Shown here: in pieces, positions 34,026-43,797 of the stretch
Layout of the letters: each line of letters begins with the position of its first letter
How positions within the stretch are numbered: position 1 is the stretch's first letter
DNA from: a phage
Sequence record: PZ445489.1
DNA: 64,000 nt
Direction: 5' to 3' (one strand)
Made by a program: the position numbers and the translations under genes
The notes under the pieces: generated by a model
The model's input: the letters and a program-made list of their open reading frames with translations, nothing else
The model's database searches: none
Told to the model about the DNA's origin: nothing

Positions 34026-34317
34026 GTTTATTATTGCACTGATGATCTCCACAGTTAGTTTCGGTTCTCTGGCATCTATCAAAGTTTCTATGAAAAATGG
34101 TAATGTTAAAGTCCAACAGAACGGCATTATTACCGAGTATGGTAAAGTTCGTGATGTTAAGGAACGTAATGGTAAAGTAGAAATATATACTAATAAAAAC
34201 TTCTCTACTCCAGCCGTTACTATTAGCAAACGCGGTGAAATAACCACTCAACGTACTAATAGCTCCAGTTCTTTTACTTGTCGTTATGATTGCGACTTTG
34301 AAGGTGAAGATGAATAA
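34018..34317 (+). CDS. secreted small protein (99 aa)
   Basis: Signal-peptide-like MNKFIIALMISTVSFGSLAS; ATG overlaps upstream stop. Confidence 0.45.
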   Translation: MNKFIIALMISTVSFGSLASIKVSMKNGNVKVQQNGIITEYGKVRDVKERNGKVEIYTNKNFSTPAVTISKRGEITTQRTNSSSSFTCRYDCDFEGEDE

Positions 34318-34729
34318 TTTAGACCCTAGAATTAAATTTGCAATTACAGAAATCCAAGATCAAATTGATGAGGATTTCACTGTTTGGTCAAGATCTGGTA
34401 ATGGAGAATATTGCCAGCTTTATAGCATGAAAATGGGTATCTCAATTGATCTTAATATCAACTCTGAAGGTAGAGTGGAAGCCCAACCCATGTTCAGTGT
34501 TCCAGGCTTCTCTGGATTTGTTGCAGGTATAAAATTGTGTCTACCAAATAACCATCTTCATCGAGTTATTTGTCAGCTAGAGACTATTAAGCATTTCTTG
34601 CCAGAAGGTAACATTAATGACTACTACCATGAAGTTGTAGCAGCTCATATGATGAAAGAATGCAAACGTAGGAGAGAAGAACGTGAAAAAGCTAAACATC
34701 AACAGCACGGTGCAGATTCCAGCAACTAA
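34310..34729 (+). CDS. hypothetical protein (139 aa)
   Basis: ATG overlapping upstream stop. Confidence 0.45.
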   Translation: MNNLDPRIKFAITEIQDQIDEDFTVWSRSGNGEYCQLYSMKMGISIDLNINSEGRVEAQPMFSVPGFSGFVAGIKLCLPNNHLHRVICQLETIKHFLPEGNINDYYHEVVAAHMMKECKRRREEREKAKHQQHGADSSN

Positions 34730-34979
34730 GGATGTTTTAACATTCCTACGTAGTGAGAATACCCAGTTTTGGCATGACTATATTCAGGAAAATAAAAATA
34801 ATCCAGATGTAGTTGCCTTTGCCAAAAAACGTATCGAAGAATATAAAGATCCAGAGATTAAAGATGGGATGATCACTATGCAGCTGTGGGTAGCTATGAA
34901 TACGTTTGGACCTGCTATGAGTCTAGGGGTTATTCCACTGTTTACTAATATTCTAATTAATGAAAAGGATCTGAAATGA
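34683..34979 (+). CDS. hypothetical protein (98 aa)
   Basis: ORF. Confidence 0.45.
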   Translation: MKKLNINSTVQIPATKDVLTFLRSENTQFWHDYIQENKNNPDVVAFAKKRIEEYKDPEIKDGMITMQLWVAMNTFGPAMSLGVIPLFTNILINEKDLK

Positions 34980-35260
34980 TTATCTCTCCATTTGCTCTTT
35001 GGTTCGTCATTGGATCTATAGTAGCTATTTACAGCTTGGTTGATGATCTGTATATTTCTAAGAATAAAGATGTAATATTATACGTTATACATAAAACTCG
35101 ACCGTTAGATCTGCCTCCTCTTGATGATAAAACATTACTCAGATGTGCTAGATCTATGATATTTATTGTGGATATTCTTCTAGGCCCAACATCTGTGTTT
35201 TTCTTTTATAGAAAGACTCGTAATATGAAAAAATTTAAAGCTGAAATGCAGAATACCTAA
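34976..35260 (+). CDS. small membrane protein (94 aa)
   Basis: Hydrophobic N-terminus; ATGA overlap with upstream gene. Confidence 0.45.
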   Translation: MIISPFALWFVIGSIVAIYSLVDDLYISKNKDVILYVIHKTRPLDLPPLDDKTLLRCARSMIFIVDILLGPTSVFFFYRKTRNMKKFKAEMQNT

Positions 35261-35370
35261 AGAACTCGCGTAGGACCGAGTTGCGTCACCTGCAACTGTT
35301 ACGGATAAGGGAGTCGTGCCCCTTAGTGCGGTAAGTGGTGAGTTGGTCGCTGACCTTAACTGGAGATTAT

Positions 35371-35715
35371 ATGACTATAATACTAATTCTTGTTACCACT
35401 TGGTTTTTAATTGGCGCTGGGTATGCAGTAGCTATACTTAGACACTTAGATGAATATTCTGCTGAATGGTTCATTAAACACCTTCGTATAGACAACAAGG
35501 AGCACGAGTTTGAAAACGAAAAACAAAGAAAAGCAGTTGAAGAAATGACAGGCGAAGAATGCTTGTTCTATATGCGTGCAATAGGATTCTTAGGGTTATT
35601 TAGTGCTGGCCCACTAGGTTTTACCATAGCTCCTTATAAAGAAACAGTAGACGATATTAAGTTATGGAGAAATGCAGGGGTACTACGCAAAGCTAGAGAA
35701 ACTAATATTACATAA
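35371..35715 (+). CDS. membrane protein (114 aa)
   Basis: ATG after GGAG RBS; two hydrophobic segments. Confidence 0.45.
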   Translation: MTIILILVTTWFLIGAGYAVAILRHLDEYSAEWFIKHLRIDNKEHEFENEKQRKAVEEMTGEECLFYMRAIGFLGLFSAGPLGFTIAPYKETVDDIKLWRNAGVLRKARETNIT

Positions 35716-35754
35716 GATTGACACTAAGTCAACTTACTAGCAAAAGCAAATAAT

Positions 35755-35795
35755 GACAAAGCCCAGCACGCACTTTTGCGACTGGGCTATTTTTA
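35755..35795 (+). terminator. rho-independent terminator
   Basis: gcccag...ctgggc stem followed by TATTTTTAT. Confidence 0.55.
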
Positions 35796-35856
35796 TAATA
35801 AAATTTTAGTTGCTTAGATGCCCAAACTTTTGTATAATATGTTTATAGATTGAGGC
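35796..35856 (+). promoter_or_regulatory. T5-type early promoter
   Basis: TTGCTT 35810-35815, 17-nt spacer, TATAAT 35833-35838. Confidence 0.65.
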
Positions 35857-35869
35857 AAGAGGATTAAAT

Positions 35870-36568
35870 ATGAGGATTATTTCTAAGTTCGCCGATGTGT
35901 ATGATTTGCAGAACAGTTTGTTCGACCCCGATCGTGTTTGGGAGCGTAAAACTGAAGAGCTACTGGTTAAGGTAACTGATGATGCAGAAAAGAACATTGT
36001 GCATACTCGCCAAGTATTTCGGGATGGTTCACTATCTTTCCGTGGCGACTTCGAATACTTTGTAAACCCACTGTTTGTTGCAGGTGAAGTTTACTGGTTA
36101 CACGAGCTGTACTGCTGGCATCCAGCATTTAGCTTCAAAACGTTTAATCTCGACACTATGTTTGATAAAATGGAAGAGATGGGATTACATGCTCGCTCTT
36201 ACTTAATGGATAAGAGTCGTGGAGATGTTCGTGAAACAATGCGTGATCTGCTCGCTGAAGCAAAACCTAAAGCAGAACGTATCTTATCCGAACTGCGTGT
36301 ACCAATTGCATATGTGAAAGGTATTAAAAAGAACGATAACGATGATGTTCGTAACTTCGTAATTCAGACTAACATTCGTTTCCATCAGTCCGGTATTCCG
36401 TGGCAGGAAATTGAAAGTAACTTATACCGTTTACACCAAGTTCTCGAACAGTATATCTTCGGTGTACTAGGAACTGGTGAGCCTGATATGATTAAAGTAT
36501 CAGATAAAGACAGGTTAGCAGCGCATGGATTTGATACAAAAACTTCTTTCAGGAATATGGCACGGTAA
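35870..36568 (+). CDS. hypothetical protein (232 aa)
   Basis: ORF with GAGGATT RBS and host-like codon usage. Confidence 0.55.
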   Translation: MRIISKFADVYDLQNSLFDPDRVWERKTEELLVKVTDDAEKNIVHTRQVFRDGSLSFRGDFEYFVNPLFVAGEVYWLHELYCWHPAFSFKTFNLDTMFDKMEEMGLHARSYLMDKSRGDVRETMRDLLAEAKPKAERILSELRVPIAYVKGIKKNDNDDVRNFVIQTNIRFHQSGIPWQEIESNLYRLHQVLEQYIFGVLGTGEPDMIKVSDKDRLAAHGFDTKTSFRNMAR

Positions 36569-36974
36569 GTGGTGTATCCTGGGAGCAGGTCTAGCGATAG
36601 GCATCGGGTTCGGTGCTTATCACTTAGTAGATAAAGTGGAGACTTTAGCGGGTGATCTTGCGGTAGCTACTAAAAAGATCTCTTCTCTAGAAACTTCCTT
36701 GAATAATGTAAAAGTTGAGAGTGAACGTCGTGAGACACGCATGAATCAATATTTTACACTGAATAATGTATCTCAAGCAGATCTAGACAAAAAGATTAAG
36801 CAGCTAGATAAAGCTCTTAGTCGCCAAGATGTTATCGCTGCAAAGCCTGGATTGGTAACATTAATTGCTAAAAAGCAGAATAAAGAGTTCGAGGAAAGAT
36901 TAGCGTGTTTAACTGGAAACTTGGAGTACTGCTCGCAGCCACAATCACAATCACAGGCTGTGCAGAAGAAATAA
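36525..36974 (+). CDS. membrane-anchored coiled-coil protein (149 aa)
   Basis: N-terminal hydrophobic segment then heptad-like region. Confidence 0.45.
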   Translation: MDLIQKLLSGIWHGKWCILGAGLAIGIGFGAYHLVDKVETLAGDLAVATKKISSLETSLNNVKVESERRETRMNQYFTLNNVSQADLDKKIKQLDKALSRQDVIAAKPGLVTLIAKKQNKEFEERLACLTGNLEYCSQPQSQSQAVQKK

Positions 36975-37258
36975 AACCAGAGCCATCTCATGAGTTAAAG
37001 CAAGCTCATGTAGACTGGCCTAAAGGACTTCAACCTTGTAGCTTTGACTTTAAGTTTGAAAAGAAATTAGCTACAAATGGAGAAGATGGCGTAGTAGTTG
37101 TTGTACCGTATAAAGATTGGAATGCAAAAGCAAAATGTGAGGAAGCAGTTTACTCTTACATTTCACGACTGACTGGTATGGTTTGCTTCTATCGCCAAGA
37201 TTTACAAGAAAAACGTTGCTTAGTTTACTATCCACCAATTAACAATAGGAAAGATTAA
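36905..37258 (+). CDS. putative lipoprotein (117 aa)
   Basis: Signal peptide with lipobox-like ITGC; GTG start. Confidence 0.45.
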   Translation: MFNWKLGVLLAATITITGCAEEIKPEPSHELKQAHVDWPKGLQPCSFDFKFEKKLATNGEDGVVVVVPYKDWNAKAKCEEAVYSYISRLTGMVCFYRQDLQEKRCLVYYPPINNRKD

Positions 37259-38010
37259 TGTCAGTATTAGTCGGTTTACATGGTGAAGCTGGTTCGGGAA
37301 AAGATACCGTTGCAAAATTAATTATCGATTGGTGTAATGACACGTATCCAACGTGTTTATCCCGTCGTTATAGTTTTGCTAAGCCCGTTTATGAACTTGC
37401 ATCCGTAATCCTCGGTGTAACTCCAGAGTTTTTAGGAGAGCGCAGGGGAAAAGAGATTGACCAATGGTTTACGGTCACACAATCTCAATTGGAGCGAGCC
37501 AGAGATGTGTGGTTTAAGTACGGTATCGATAAGTTTGAAGACTTCTCGTACGTTTGGCCTATTTTTGAGGAAAAATATCTTAATCCTCAACAACTTATCT
37601 CAGAGAATAAAGAAGACGGACTTTATAGTTTATTTAGTTCTCCGAGAAAAATGTTACAGCTCATAGGGACAGAGCTAGGAAGGCAGCTGGTGCATGAACG
37701 CATTTGGCTCATAATTCTGGAGCAATCCATCGCTAAAGACGACCCAGACGTCGCCGTAATAACAGATGTTAGATTCCCCAATGAAGGAGAGTTACTCAGA
37801 GAAACAAACCATTTAGATATGGATTCTTTGATAGTAAATGTAGTACCCGCTGAGCAGAAGTTCACTATTAAATCAGATCATCCATCTGAAAGTGGTATTC
37901 CTGCAAAATATATTACTCACGAATTAGTTAATAAATTCGATGGTATCAATAACCTTAAACTAGAAGTTTATAACTTCTGTGACTTAGAGCTAGAACCACT
38001 AGTTGGATAA
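37258..38010 (+). CDS. dnk: deoxynucleoside monophosphate kinase-like P-loop protein
   Basis: P-loop GEAGSGKDT near N-terminus; 250 aa matches the T5 dNMP kinase size as I recall it. Confidence 0.6.
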   Translation: MSVLVGLHGEAGSGKDTVAKLIIDWCNDTYPTCLSRRYSFAKPVYELASVILGVTPEFLGERRGKEIDQWFTVTQSQLERARDVWFKYGIDKFEDFSYVWPIFEEKYLNPQQLISENKEDGLYSLFSSPRKMLQLIGTELGRQLVHERIWLIILEQSIAKDDPDVAVITDVRFPNEGELLRETNHLDMDSLIVNVVPAEQKFTIKSDHPSESGIPAKYITHELVNKFDGINNLKLEVYNFCDLELEPLVG

Positions 38011-38022
38011 TCAAGGATCGCT

Positions 38023-38622
38023 ATGACTAATAAAAAAGAAGAAAAGACTAACCTGTTTCACTCCATTCGCCAATCTAATGAGTATACCTTTTTCTTTGAT
38101 GAAGAATTAGGCCCGCCGGATGAATACCGTGATTTATCAATGGTACTTATGCAAGCAAATGAGGACGACGAAATTAATCTGATGATTAATGGCCCGGGTG
38201 GTTATGTTGATACTGCTGCACAGTTATCTAACTTAATTGCTAATTGCCGTGGAACAGTTATAGGGCATCTGATTGGTCCTAGTGCTTCTGCTTACTGCAC
38301 AATTTTCCTATCTTGCCATGGATGGGTAGTACATCCACATGCTACGCTAATGGGACACACGTTCTCTGGCGGGTTCTGTGAGAAAGGTCAAGAAATCAAG
38401 AAAGCCTATGAATCTTACAACAAGTTTGTAGAAGATATGATGCTAGATGTCTACTATCCGTTCTTCTCAATAGATGAAATCGACGAGATGGTAAAAGACA
38501 ACAAAAATATCTATCTAGATAGCAAGGAAATCCGTAAGCGTATTGAAATCTTGGCAAAATATCGATCTGAGCAATATAATAAAGCCCAGTTACCTCAATC
38601 AGAGGAGCATAACGAAGAGTAA
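38023..38622 (+). CDS. ClpP-like serine peptidase
   Basis: INGPGGYVDTAAQL resembles the ClpP INSPGG motif region. Confidence 0.5.
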   Translation: MTNKKEEKTNLFHSIRQSNEYTFFFDEELGPPDEYRDLSMVLMQANEDDEINLMINGPGGYVDTAAQLSNLIANCRGTVIGHLIGPSASAYCTIFLSCHGWVVHPHATLMGHTFSGGFCEKGQEIKKAYESYNKFVEDMMLDVYYPFFSIDEIDEMVKDNKNIYLDSKEIRKRIEILAKYRSEQYNKAQLPQSEEHNEE

Positions 38623-38624
38623 GT

Positions 38625-38660
38625 AATTTTAAGCCAGGGTTTAACGACCCTGGCTTTTCT
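38625..38660 (+). terminator. rho-independent terminator
   Basis: agccagggt...accctggct stem followed by TTTCTTTTAT. Confidence 0.55.
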
Positions 38661-38713
38661 TTTATCTAAAATTCTTCTTGACAACGACAAAATTTTATGC
38701 TCCAGAAGTGATC

Positions 38714-38768
38714 TTTAAAAACACATTGTAATTTTCCTCCAAAATTAGTATAATGGTATTGGTTAGAG
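38714..38768 (+). promoter_or_regulatory. sigma70 promoter upstream of lysis genes
   Basis: TTGTAA 38726-38731, 17-nt spacer, TATAAT 38749-38754; an additional TTGACA at 38678. Confidence 0.5.
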
Positions 38769-38778
38769 GAGGTTACAA

Positions 38779-39435
38779 TTGGAAAAGTTCTTACAATTAT
38801 TAACGGTACTGCTCCAAGAAGCGAAAGATCCAGCATCGCTTCTTAAACGTCTGCTAACTATCTTAGTTGCTGTCATTATTTTCTTATTTGTTAGTAATAC
38901 TAGCGAGGTGATGTCATTCTTAAAGACTTTCTCCACGTCTGCGGTTCTACAGGATGTTCAAACTCAAAGGATAGATAACTTTCCTAATGTAGCTAGAGAA
39001 AAGAGCATGGTACTCTTTTCTCAAACGGGTGCGGATGCTGTTTTTGTCGTCAAGTATAAACCCGATGCCATTAATGATTATTCTAACATTATTGCATGGG
39101 AAAGCAATGCGCAATTAGATAGGGCTGACTTGGCCGATAAAGCGGTAAATAAAACGTCTGAGCTATATAGACGTCACTTGGAAGGCTTTAACTACGCATC
39201 GGATTTAAGTGTAAAAGTAAATAAATACATGGGGTTAAATATACCTGCGTTTAAGAACGTTACTTTTAATTACATATACACTTGTCCGTATTTCAATCTA
39301 AACAATATCTATGCTGGATATATTGGTATTGCTTGGAAAGATAACCCTGTAGATGCAGCCGATTCTGAGAAATTTAAGGAATATTTAACAAAGCTCTGTT
39401 CACCACAACAGAGATCTTTAGGTAGATCAATATGA
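38779..39435 (+). CDS. putative holin (218 aa)
   Basis: N-terminal TM helix LLTILVAVIIFLFV; sits directly upstream of endolysin with 4-nt overlap; TTG start after AGAGGAGG. Confidence 0.45.
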   Translation: MEKFLQLLTVLLQEAKDPASLLKRLLTILVAVIIFLFVSNTSEVMSFLKTFSTSAVLQDVQTQRIDNFPNVAREKSMVLFSQTGADAVFVVKYKPDAINDYSNIIAWESNAQLDRADLADKAVNKTSELYRRHLEGFNYASDLSVKVNKYMGLNIPAFKNVTFNYIYTCPYFNLNNIYAGYIGIAWKDNPVDAADSEKFKEYLTKLCSPQQRSLGRSI

Positions 39436-39845
39436 GTTTTAAATTTGGTAAAAATAGCGAAAAACAATTAGCTACCGTCAAGCCAGAGCTACAAAAAGTA
39501 GCTCGTAGAGCTTTAGAATTATCTCCATATGATTTTACGATCGTACAGGGTATTCGTACAGTAGCACAAAGTGCCCAGAATATTGCTAATGGTACTTCAT
39601 TTTTAAAAGATCCTAGTAAAAGTAAGCATATTACTGGGGATGCTCTTGATTTTGCTCCATACATTAATGGCAAAATTGATTGGAATGATTTAGAAGCATT
39701 TTGGGCAGTTAAGAAGGCTTTTGAACAAGCTGGTAAAGAGCTAGGCATTAAACTTCGTTTTGGTGCTGATTGGAATGCTTCGGGAGACTATCACGATGAA
39801 ATAAAACGTGGTACCTATGATGGCGGTCATGTCGAACTAGTTTAA
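39432..39845 (+). CDS. lys: endolysin, L-alanyl-D-glutamate peptidase (M15-like)
   Basis: 137 aa; HITGDALDF ... DGGHVEL zinc-peptidase motifs; same size as the T5 endolysin as I recall it. Confidence 0.8.
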   Translation: MSFKFGKNSEKQLATVKPELQKVARRALELSPYDFTIVQGIRTVAQSAQNIANGTSFLKDPSKSKHITGDALDFAPYINGKIDWNDLEAFWAVKKAFEQAGKELGIKLRFGADWNASGDYHDEIKRGTYDGGHVELV

Positions 39846-39851
39846 TTAATA

Positions 39852-39880
39852 ACTTAGGCGGGAGTATTCCCGCCTTTTTA
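39852..39880 (+). terminator. rho-independent terminator
   Basis: ggcgggagtattcccgcc hairpin followed by TTTTTAGG. Confidence 0.55.
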
Positions 39881-39923
39881 GGCAAAGGGGGCTTTAATAA
39901 TTTTTTGAAGATAGGAGAAAGCC

Positions 39924-40340
39924 ATGTTTGCAGAACTATTCACTATGATGCTGCTAGGTATCTGGAAAATAAGTCTAGTAGTATTCGTTTTAATGATAGT
40001 CTTTACTATCATTGCATTAACTACCCGAAATAGCTTATTAATAAAGGTTATTCACGGACTAGAGTATATAATTATGGGTTCATTCGGCGTTTGTAAATGC
40101 AATTGCCATAGAGATACGAAATATTGTTGGTTATGGATGGAACTAGAGAATCCTATATCCATAGCTTTGGCTGTTTCATTCGGCATGATTCTTATGGCCC
40201 TTACTCTAGCATTAATACCTTTGATGTTAGCTGGGGGAGTTACAGCGTATTTCACCCTTTTCTCCCCGATACTTATGTACTCAATTTACCCAATAACTAT
40301 GTATCTAGTTAGGAAAAGATTTATACATGCAGTAGATTAA
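39924..40340 (+). CDS. polytopic membrane protein (138 aa)
   Basis: Four hydrophobic segments; just downstream of lysis genes. Confidence 0.45.
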   Translation: MFAELFTMMLLGIWKISLVVFVLMIVFTIIALTTRNSLLIKVIHGLEYIIMGSFGVCKCNCHRDTKYCWLWMELENPISIALAVSFGMILMALTLALIPLMLAGGVTAYFTLFSPILMYSIYPITMYLVRKRFIHAVD

Positions 40341-40400
40341 GATAAAAAAGTAGTTGACTTTTAGCCCTAGTTATTATATAATATATACATAAATTAGTTA
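40341..40400 (+). promoter_or_regulatory. T5-type early promoter
   Basis: TTGACT 40354-40359, 17-nt spacer, TATAAT 40377-40382. Confidence 0.6.
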
Positions 40401-40415
40401 AGAGAGGTATATAAT

Positions 40416-40847
40416 ATGTCTGATCGTTTCTACACTCAAATGGCGGAACATTTTCGTATACCACATTACGAGCTAAACATTGCACTCCGCGATCATGACT
40501 CTCCTGAGTACAAAAAGCTCGAAAAGAAAGCGGAAAAATCTATTGATACAAAGGTAGGTGCATCTATGTCTAAGGGCAAAAAGTTAACTCGTCTTGATCT
40601 TAATAAAATTTTAACTGAACTTTTGGGTACTGATATTGAGGGTGCTAAATTACCGCTTCTTGTACTAGAGACTATGATTAAAAAGGTCAAAAATAAAGAA
40701 TATAAGAAGGTAGAAGTCCCAGAAGGCAGATTAAAGGCTCCTTATCAGGAAGCATTAACCGAGTGTTTGGGTGTAAATCTTGATCTGAGCACCGCAACCG
40801 TAAAAACTATGAAAAACTTCTTAGAGGCCATTAATAACTATGAGTAA
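40416..40847 (+). CDS. hypothetical protein (143 aa)
   Basis: ORF with GAGAGG RBS. Confidence 0.5.
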   Translation: MSDRFYTQMAEHFRIPHYELNIALRDHDSPEYKKLEKKAEKSIDTKVGASMSKGKKLTRLDLNKILTELLGTDIEGAKLPLLVLETMIKKVKNKEYKKVEVPEGRLKAPYQEALTECLGVNLDLSTATVKTMKNFLEAINNYE

Positions 40848-41130
40848 ATTAGTATATCTATTGAAAGGTTCTACTTGCAATCCTTGCAAAATGTTTGAGC
40901 CAGTATTTGATAAAGTAGTCAATGACTATAATTTGGAAGTCCATAAAGAGACTGATAATACAGAATTAATGCAGAAATTTGGTGTACGCCAAGTTCCTGT
41001 AGTAGTTCTAGCGGATCGCTTACCTAATGGTCGAGTAGAAGCTAATCATATTTTGATTGGACGCCAGCTTCGTAAAGAAACTATGCACGAAGCTATTAAA
41101 AATTTCCTGGATGATAATCCAGAGGATTAA
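40840..41130 (+). CDS. thioredoxin/glutaredoxin-like protein
   Basis: CNPC CxxC motif near N-terminus and RQVPVVVL beta-strand typical of the Trx fold. Confidence 0.5.
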   Translation: MSKLVYLLKGSTCNPCKMFEPVFDKVVNDYNLEVHKETDNTELMQKFGVRQVPVVVLADRLPNGRVEANHILIGRQLRKETMHEAIKNFLDDNPED

Positions 41131-41137
41131 TAAACCA

Positions 41138-41168
41138 AGCCTGATCTTAGCGGATCAGGCTTTTATTT
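41138..41168 (+). terminator. rho-independent terminator
   Basis: agcctgatc..gatcaggct stem followed by TTTTATTTT. Confidence 0.55.
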
Positions 41169-41218
41169 TACTTGCTTTTTGCTAAAAATTTTGGTATAAT
41201 AATTATATAAATTGATAA
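41160..41218 (+). promoter_or_regulatory. T5-type early promoter
   Basis: TTGCTT 41172-41177, 17-nt spacer, TATAAT 41195-41200. Confidence 0.6.
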
Positions 41219-41257
41219 GAAGGCTATCTACACACTACAAGAAATAGGGGTATTCCA

Positions 41258-41635
41258 ATGAACTATGCATATCTAATTATTAATAATAACGTAGTTTGTG
41301 GTACTCGCGCTGTTGAGATGGGTATTACAGAAGAAAAGTATAAGTCACTTCCAGAAAAGGAACAACAATATTATGTTGAAGAAGCTGCTTGGGAGTATGC
41401 TGAGGTTTATCCCGAAGAACGTGAAGATTGTCTTACTCTTGTTGTGTCTCTGGGTTTGGTTGGCTGTGATACCGAAGTTGATACAGACCTAGAGACTTTA
41501 GAGGAGTGGGAAGAGTTAGATATTTCAGCTAAAAACTCCTTAATCCGTGAAGCCTTTTGGGAAGCTGTAGATTGCCACGTAGTATTTGAACCTAATGATG
41601 AAGAGGCTGAAAAACATACTAACCATTGGGGATAA
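41258..41635 (+). CDS. acidic protein (125 aa)
   Basis: ORF; Glu/Asp-rich. Confidence 0.45.
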   Translation: MNYAYLIINNNVVCGTRAVEMGITEEKYKSLPEKEQQYYVEEAAWEYAEVYPEEREDCLTLVVSLGLVGCDTEVDTDLETLEEWEELDISAKNSLIREAFWEAVDCHVVFEPNDEEAEKHTNHWG

Positions 41636-41639
41636 TTAA

Positions 41640-41885
41640 ATGTTAGCAGAACAAGCAAAACGTTTAGCTAGAATAAATAGAGCTGCACTCCTTAAGAGCC
41701 GAAAGAAGCCGTATAGATACGTTAAAAGACGGATTCTAGCTTCTGTAGAGGCTGGGGGTTCTTTTATACAATTTAATCGTGATGAAATTAGTTATGAAGC
41801 TATAAAAGCCCTCTATAAAGATGGTTATACTCTAAAACTATCAAATAATTATGGTACAACTATTTTAAATGTTATTTGGGAATAA
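41640..41885 (+). CDS. hypothetical protein (81 aa)
   Basis: ORF. Confidence 0.4.
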   Translation: MLAEQAKRLARINRAALLKSRKKPYRYVKRRILASVEAGGSFIQFNRDEISYEAIKALYKDGYTLKLSNNYGTTILNVIWE

Positions 41886-41887
41886 TT

Positions 41888-42751
41888 ATGAAAAAAGAAT
41901 TTAATGTGCATAAAACACTAGTAGTACCTGATGACGTTAATTTATTCTTTGTTGGTGATATTCATGGATGCAACGATTTACTAGAAGATGCACTACAATT
42001 AGCTGGCTATAACGGCAAGAAAGACTGCGTTGTATGCGTGGGGGATTTAATTGATCGAGGCACGCAGAACCTACAAGTTTTAGCCAAATTCCTGTATAAT
42101 CCACGCTTTATCAGTGTCCGTGGTAATCATGACCAATTTATGATTGTGGGAGATTGGGCTAACTGGATGTATAACGGTGGTATGTGGGCCATGAATGAAC
42201 TAGATGCAGATACCATTAAAAATATTGCTGAAGACATGGCTGAAAAAATGCCAGTATTTCTGACTGTATTGCATCGTGGTAAAAAGTATGGTGTTGTTCA
42301 TGGTGGTGTACCTTTTACGTACAAAGAATGCGGTAACGAAGTAGAAACCCCAGTATGGGATAGTCTTATTGCACAAGTAGAAGCAGCTAAGGAAGACCCC
42401 CATGACCATCCTGGATACCATGTTGAGCCATACTTATGGGATCGAGATGTAATCCAAGAAATAGGTTTTCACTTAGCTAAAAATGGTGAAGAACACTCAT
42501 ATTTCCAGCGTTATGCAGGGTTTAAAGAGAAATACATGGTAGAAGTACCTCCAGTTAAAGGTGTAGATTTCGTGTTTCACGGACATACTGGAGTTCCTTA
42601 CCCACTTCTTTATAAGAACCGTGTTTATCTTGATACTGGCGGTGTTTTCAACGGGCAGTTGACGGTTGCGCAGGTTAACGATGAAACTGGCAAAATCACC
42701 ACATTTACCACAGACAAAAATGATAGCTGCGGTGTACAGAGGATCCTTTAA
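41888..42751 (+). CDS. Ser/Thr protein phosphatase (PPP family, calcineurin-like)
   Basis: GDIHGC, GDLIDRG, RGNHD signature motifs; ATG 41888 (track start 41876 is TTG). Confidence 0.8.
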   Translation: MKKEFNVHKTLVVPDDVNLFFVGDIHGCNDLLEDALQLAGYNGKKDCVVCVGDLIDRGTQNLQVLAKFLYNPRFISVRGNHDQFMIVGDWANWMYNGGMWAMNELDADTIKNIAEDMAEKMPVFLTVLHRGKKYGVVHGGVPFTYKECGNEVETPVWDSLIAQVEAAKEDPHDHPGYHVEPYLWDRDVIQEIGFHLAKNGEEHSYFQRYAGFKEKYMVEVPPVKGVDFVFHGHTGVPYPLLYKNRVYLDTGGVFNGQLTVAQVNDETGKITTFTTDKNDSCGVQRIL

Positions 42752-43050
42752 TGAATGATAGAATGAAAGAAGTACAAGAAGAATTACGAGCAATGCGTAT
42801 TGATGCCCTTCGTTGGAGGGCATTAGTTAATGCTTTCGTCAAAGGAGACACCGGAGTAATATATTCTGGAATAGCAGTCAATTTTTGTTTTAATTCTCCT
42901 GCTGAAATAGAGATAGAAACAAGGCTTACTACCTACCTTAATGAGGTAGATCTTAAGGAAGGAGAGACTCCCGAGGAGTTTAAAACCAAAGTGTTAACCT
43001 CTTGGGTTGATAGTTTAATACAGAATAAGGAAAAGAGTAATGAAAGTTAA
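42751..43050 (+). CDS. hypothetical protein (99 aa)
   Basis: ORF. Confidence 0.45.
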   Translation: MNDRMKEVQEELRAMRIDALRWRALVNAFVKGDTGVIYSGIAVNFCFNSPAEIEIETRLTTYLNEVDLKEGETPEEFKTKVLTSWVDSLIQNKEKSNES

Positions 43051-43630
43051 ATTCTGGTCAGACTTGCATCTAGACCACCCTGGAGCGTTACGTTTCCGTC
43101 CGTGGTTTAAGAACATGAAAGAGCACGATGAGTATATTCTAGATACTTTGTCTAAGCATATTGGTAAACGAACAAAACTTATTTTGCTAGGAGATATTGC
43201 AGTAGGTCGTGAAGGTCTAACCAAATTAAAGTCGGTTATCCACAATGTCCCTAATCAACTTATTATGGGTAATCATGATGCGGAACGTCAAGGACTGAGC
43301 ATCAGGGATTTAGCGGAAGTTTATGACGATATCCAGGCTCTAGGTAAACAGACTGGAGGCGGCAAAAAGTTTTGGCTATCTCACTGCCCTTTGCACCCTA
43401 ATGAACTTCGTGGCAAACTAAATATTCACGGACATGTACATACTACTTCTCTACGTGATCCACGTTATATTAATGTCTCATTTGAAATGAGTAAAACTCC
43501 AATCCCACTGGAGGATATTGTATCTGGTAAGTTTACTAGCTATGATAGAGTAGTTAATTGTACTACCGGCGAAGTATTACAAATAGGGGAAGATGTAGCT
43601 GCCGTATTGCGTGGAGATATAAATGTCTAA
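43040..43630 (+). CDS. metallophosphoesterase
   Basis: DLHLDHP, LGDIAVGREG, MGNHD motifs. Confidence 0.6.
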   Translation: MKVKFWSDLHLDHPGALRFRPWFKNMKEHDEYILDTLSKHIGKRTKLILLGDIAVGREGLTKLKSVIHNVPNQLIMGNHDAERQGLSIRDLAEVYDDIQALGKQTGGGKKFWLSHCPLHPNELRGKLNIHGHVHTTSLRDPRYINVSFEMSKTPIPLEDIVSGKFTSYDRVVNCTTGEVLQIGEDVAAVLRGDINV

Positions 43631-43716
43631 GTATATAGCTGAGGCTATTATTAAACGAATCATACAAACAGTAGCAATACTTATAATCATTTGTATTGCT
43701 ATTGGCACAGGATTAG

Positions 43717-43777
43717 GCATTTTAACTAAAAGTTTTATTTGCTAAAATGCTTAAGTTTCTGTATAATTACTTTATAA
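43717..43777 (+). promoter_or_regulatory. T5-type early promoter
   Basis: TTGCTA 43731-43736, 17-nt spacer, TATAAT 43754-43759. Confidence 0.65.
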
Positions 43778-43797
43778 ATTGATGAGAAGGAATCAAA

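Noticed and set aside
38779-39435. Confident holin assignment for the 218-aa protein
   Set aside because: Only position upstream of the endolysin and one N-terminal TM helix support it; kept as a low-confidence candidate.
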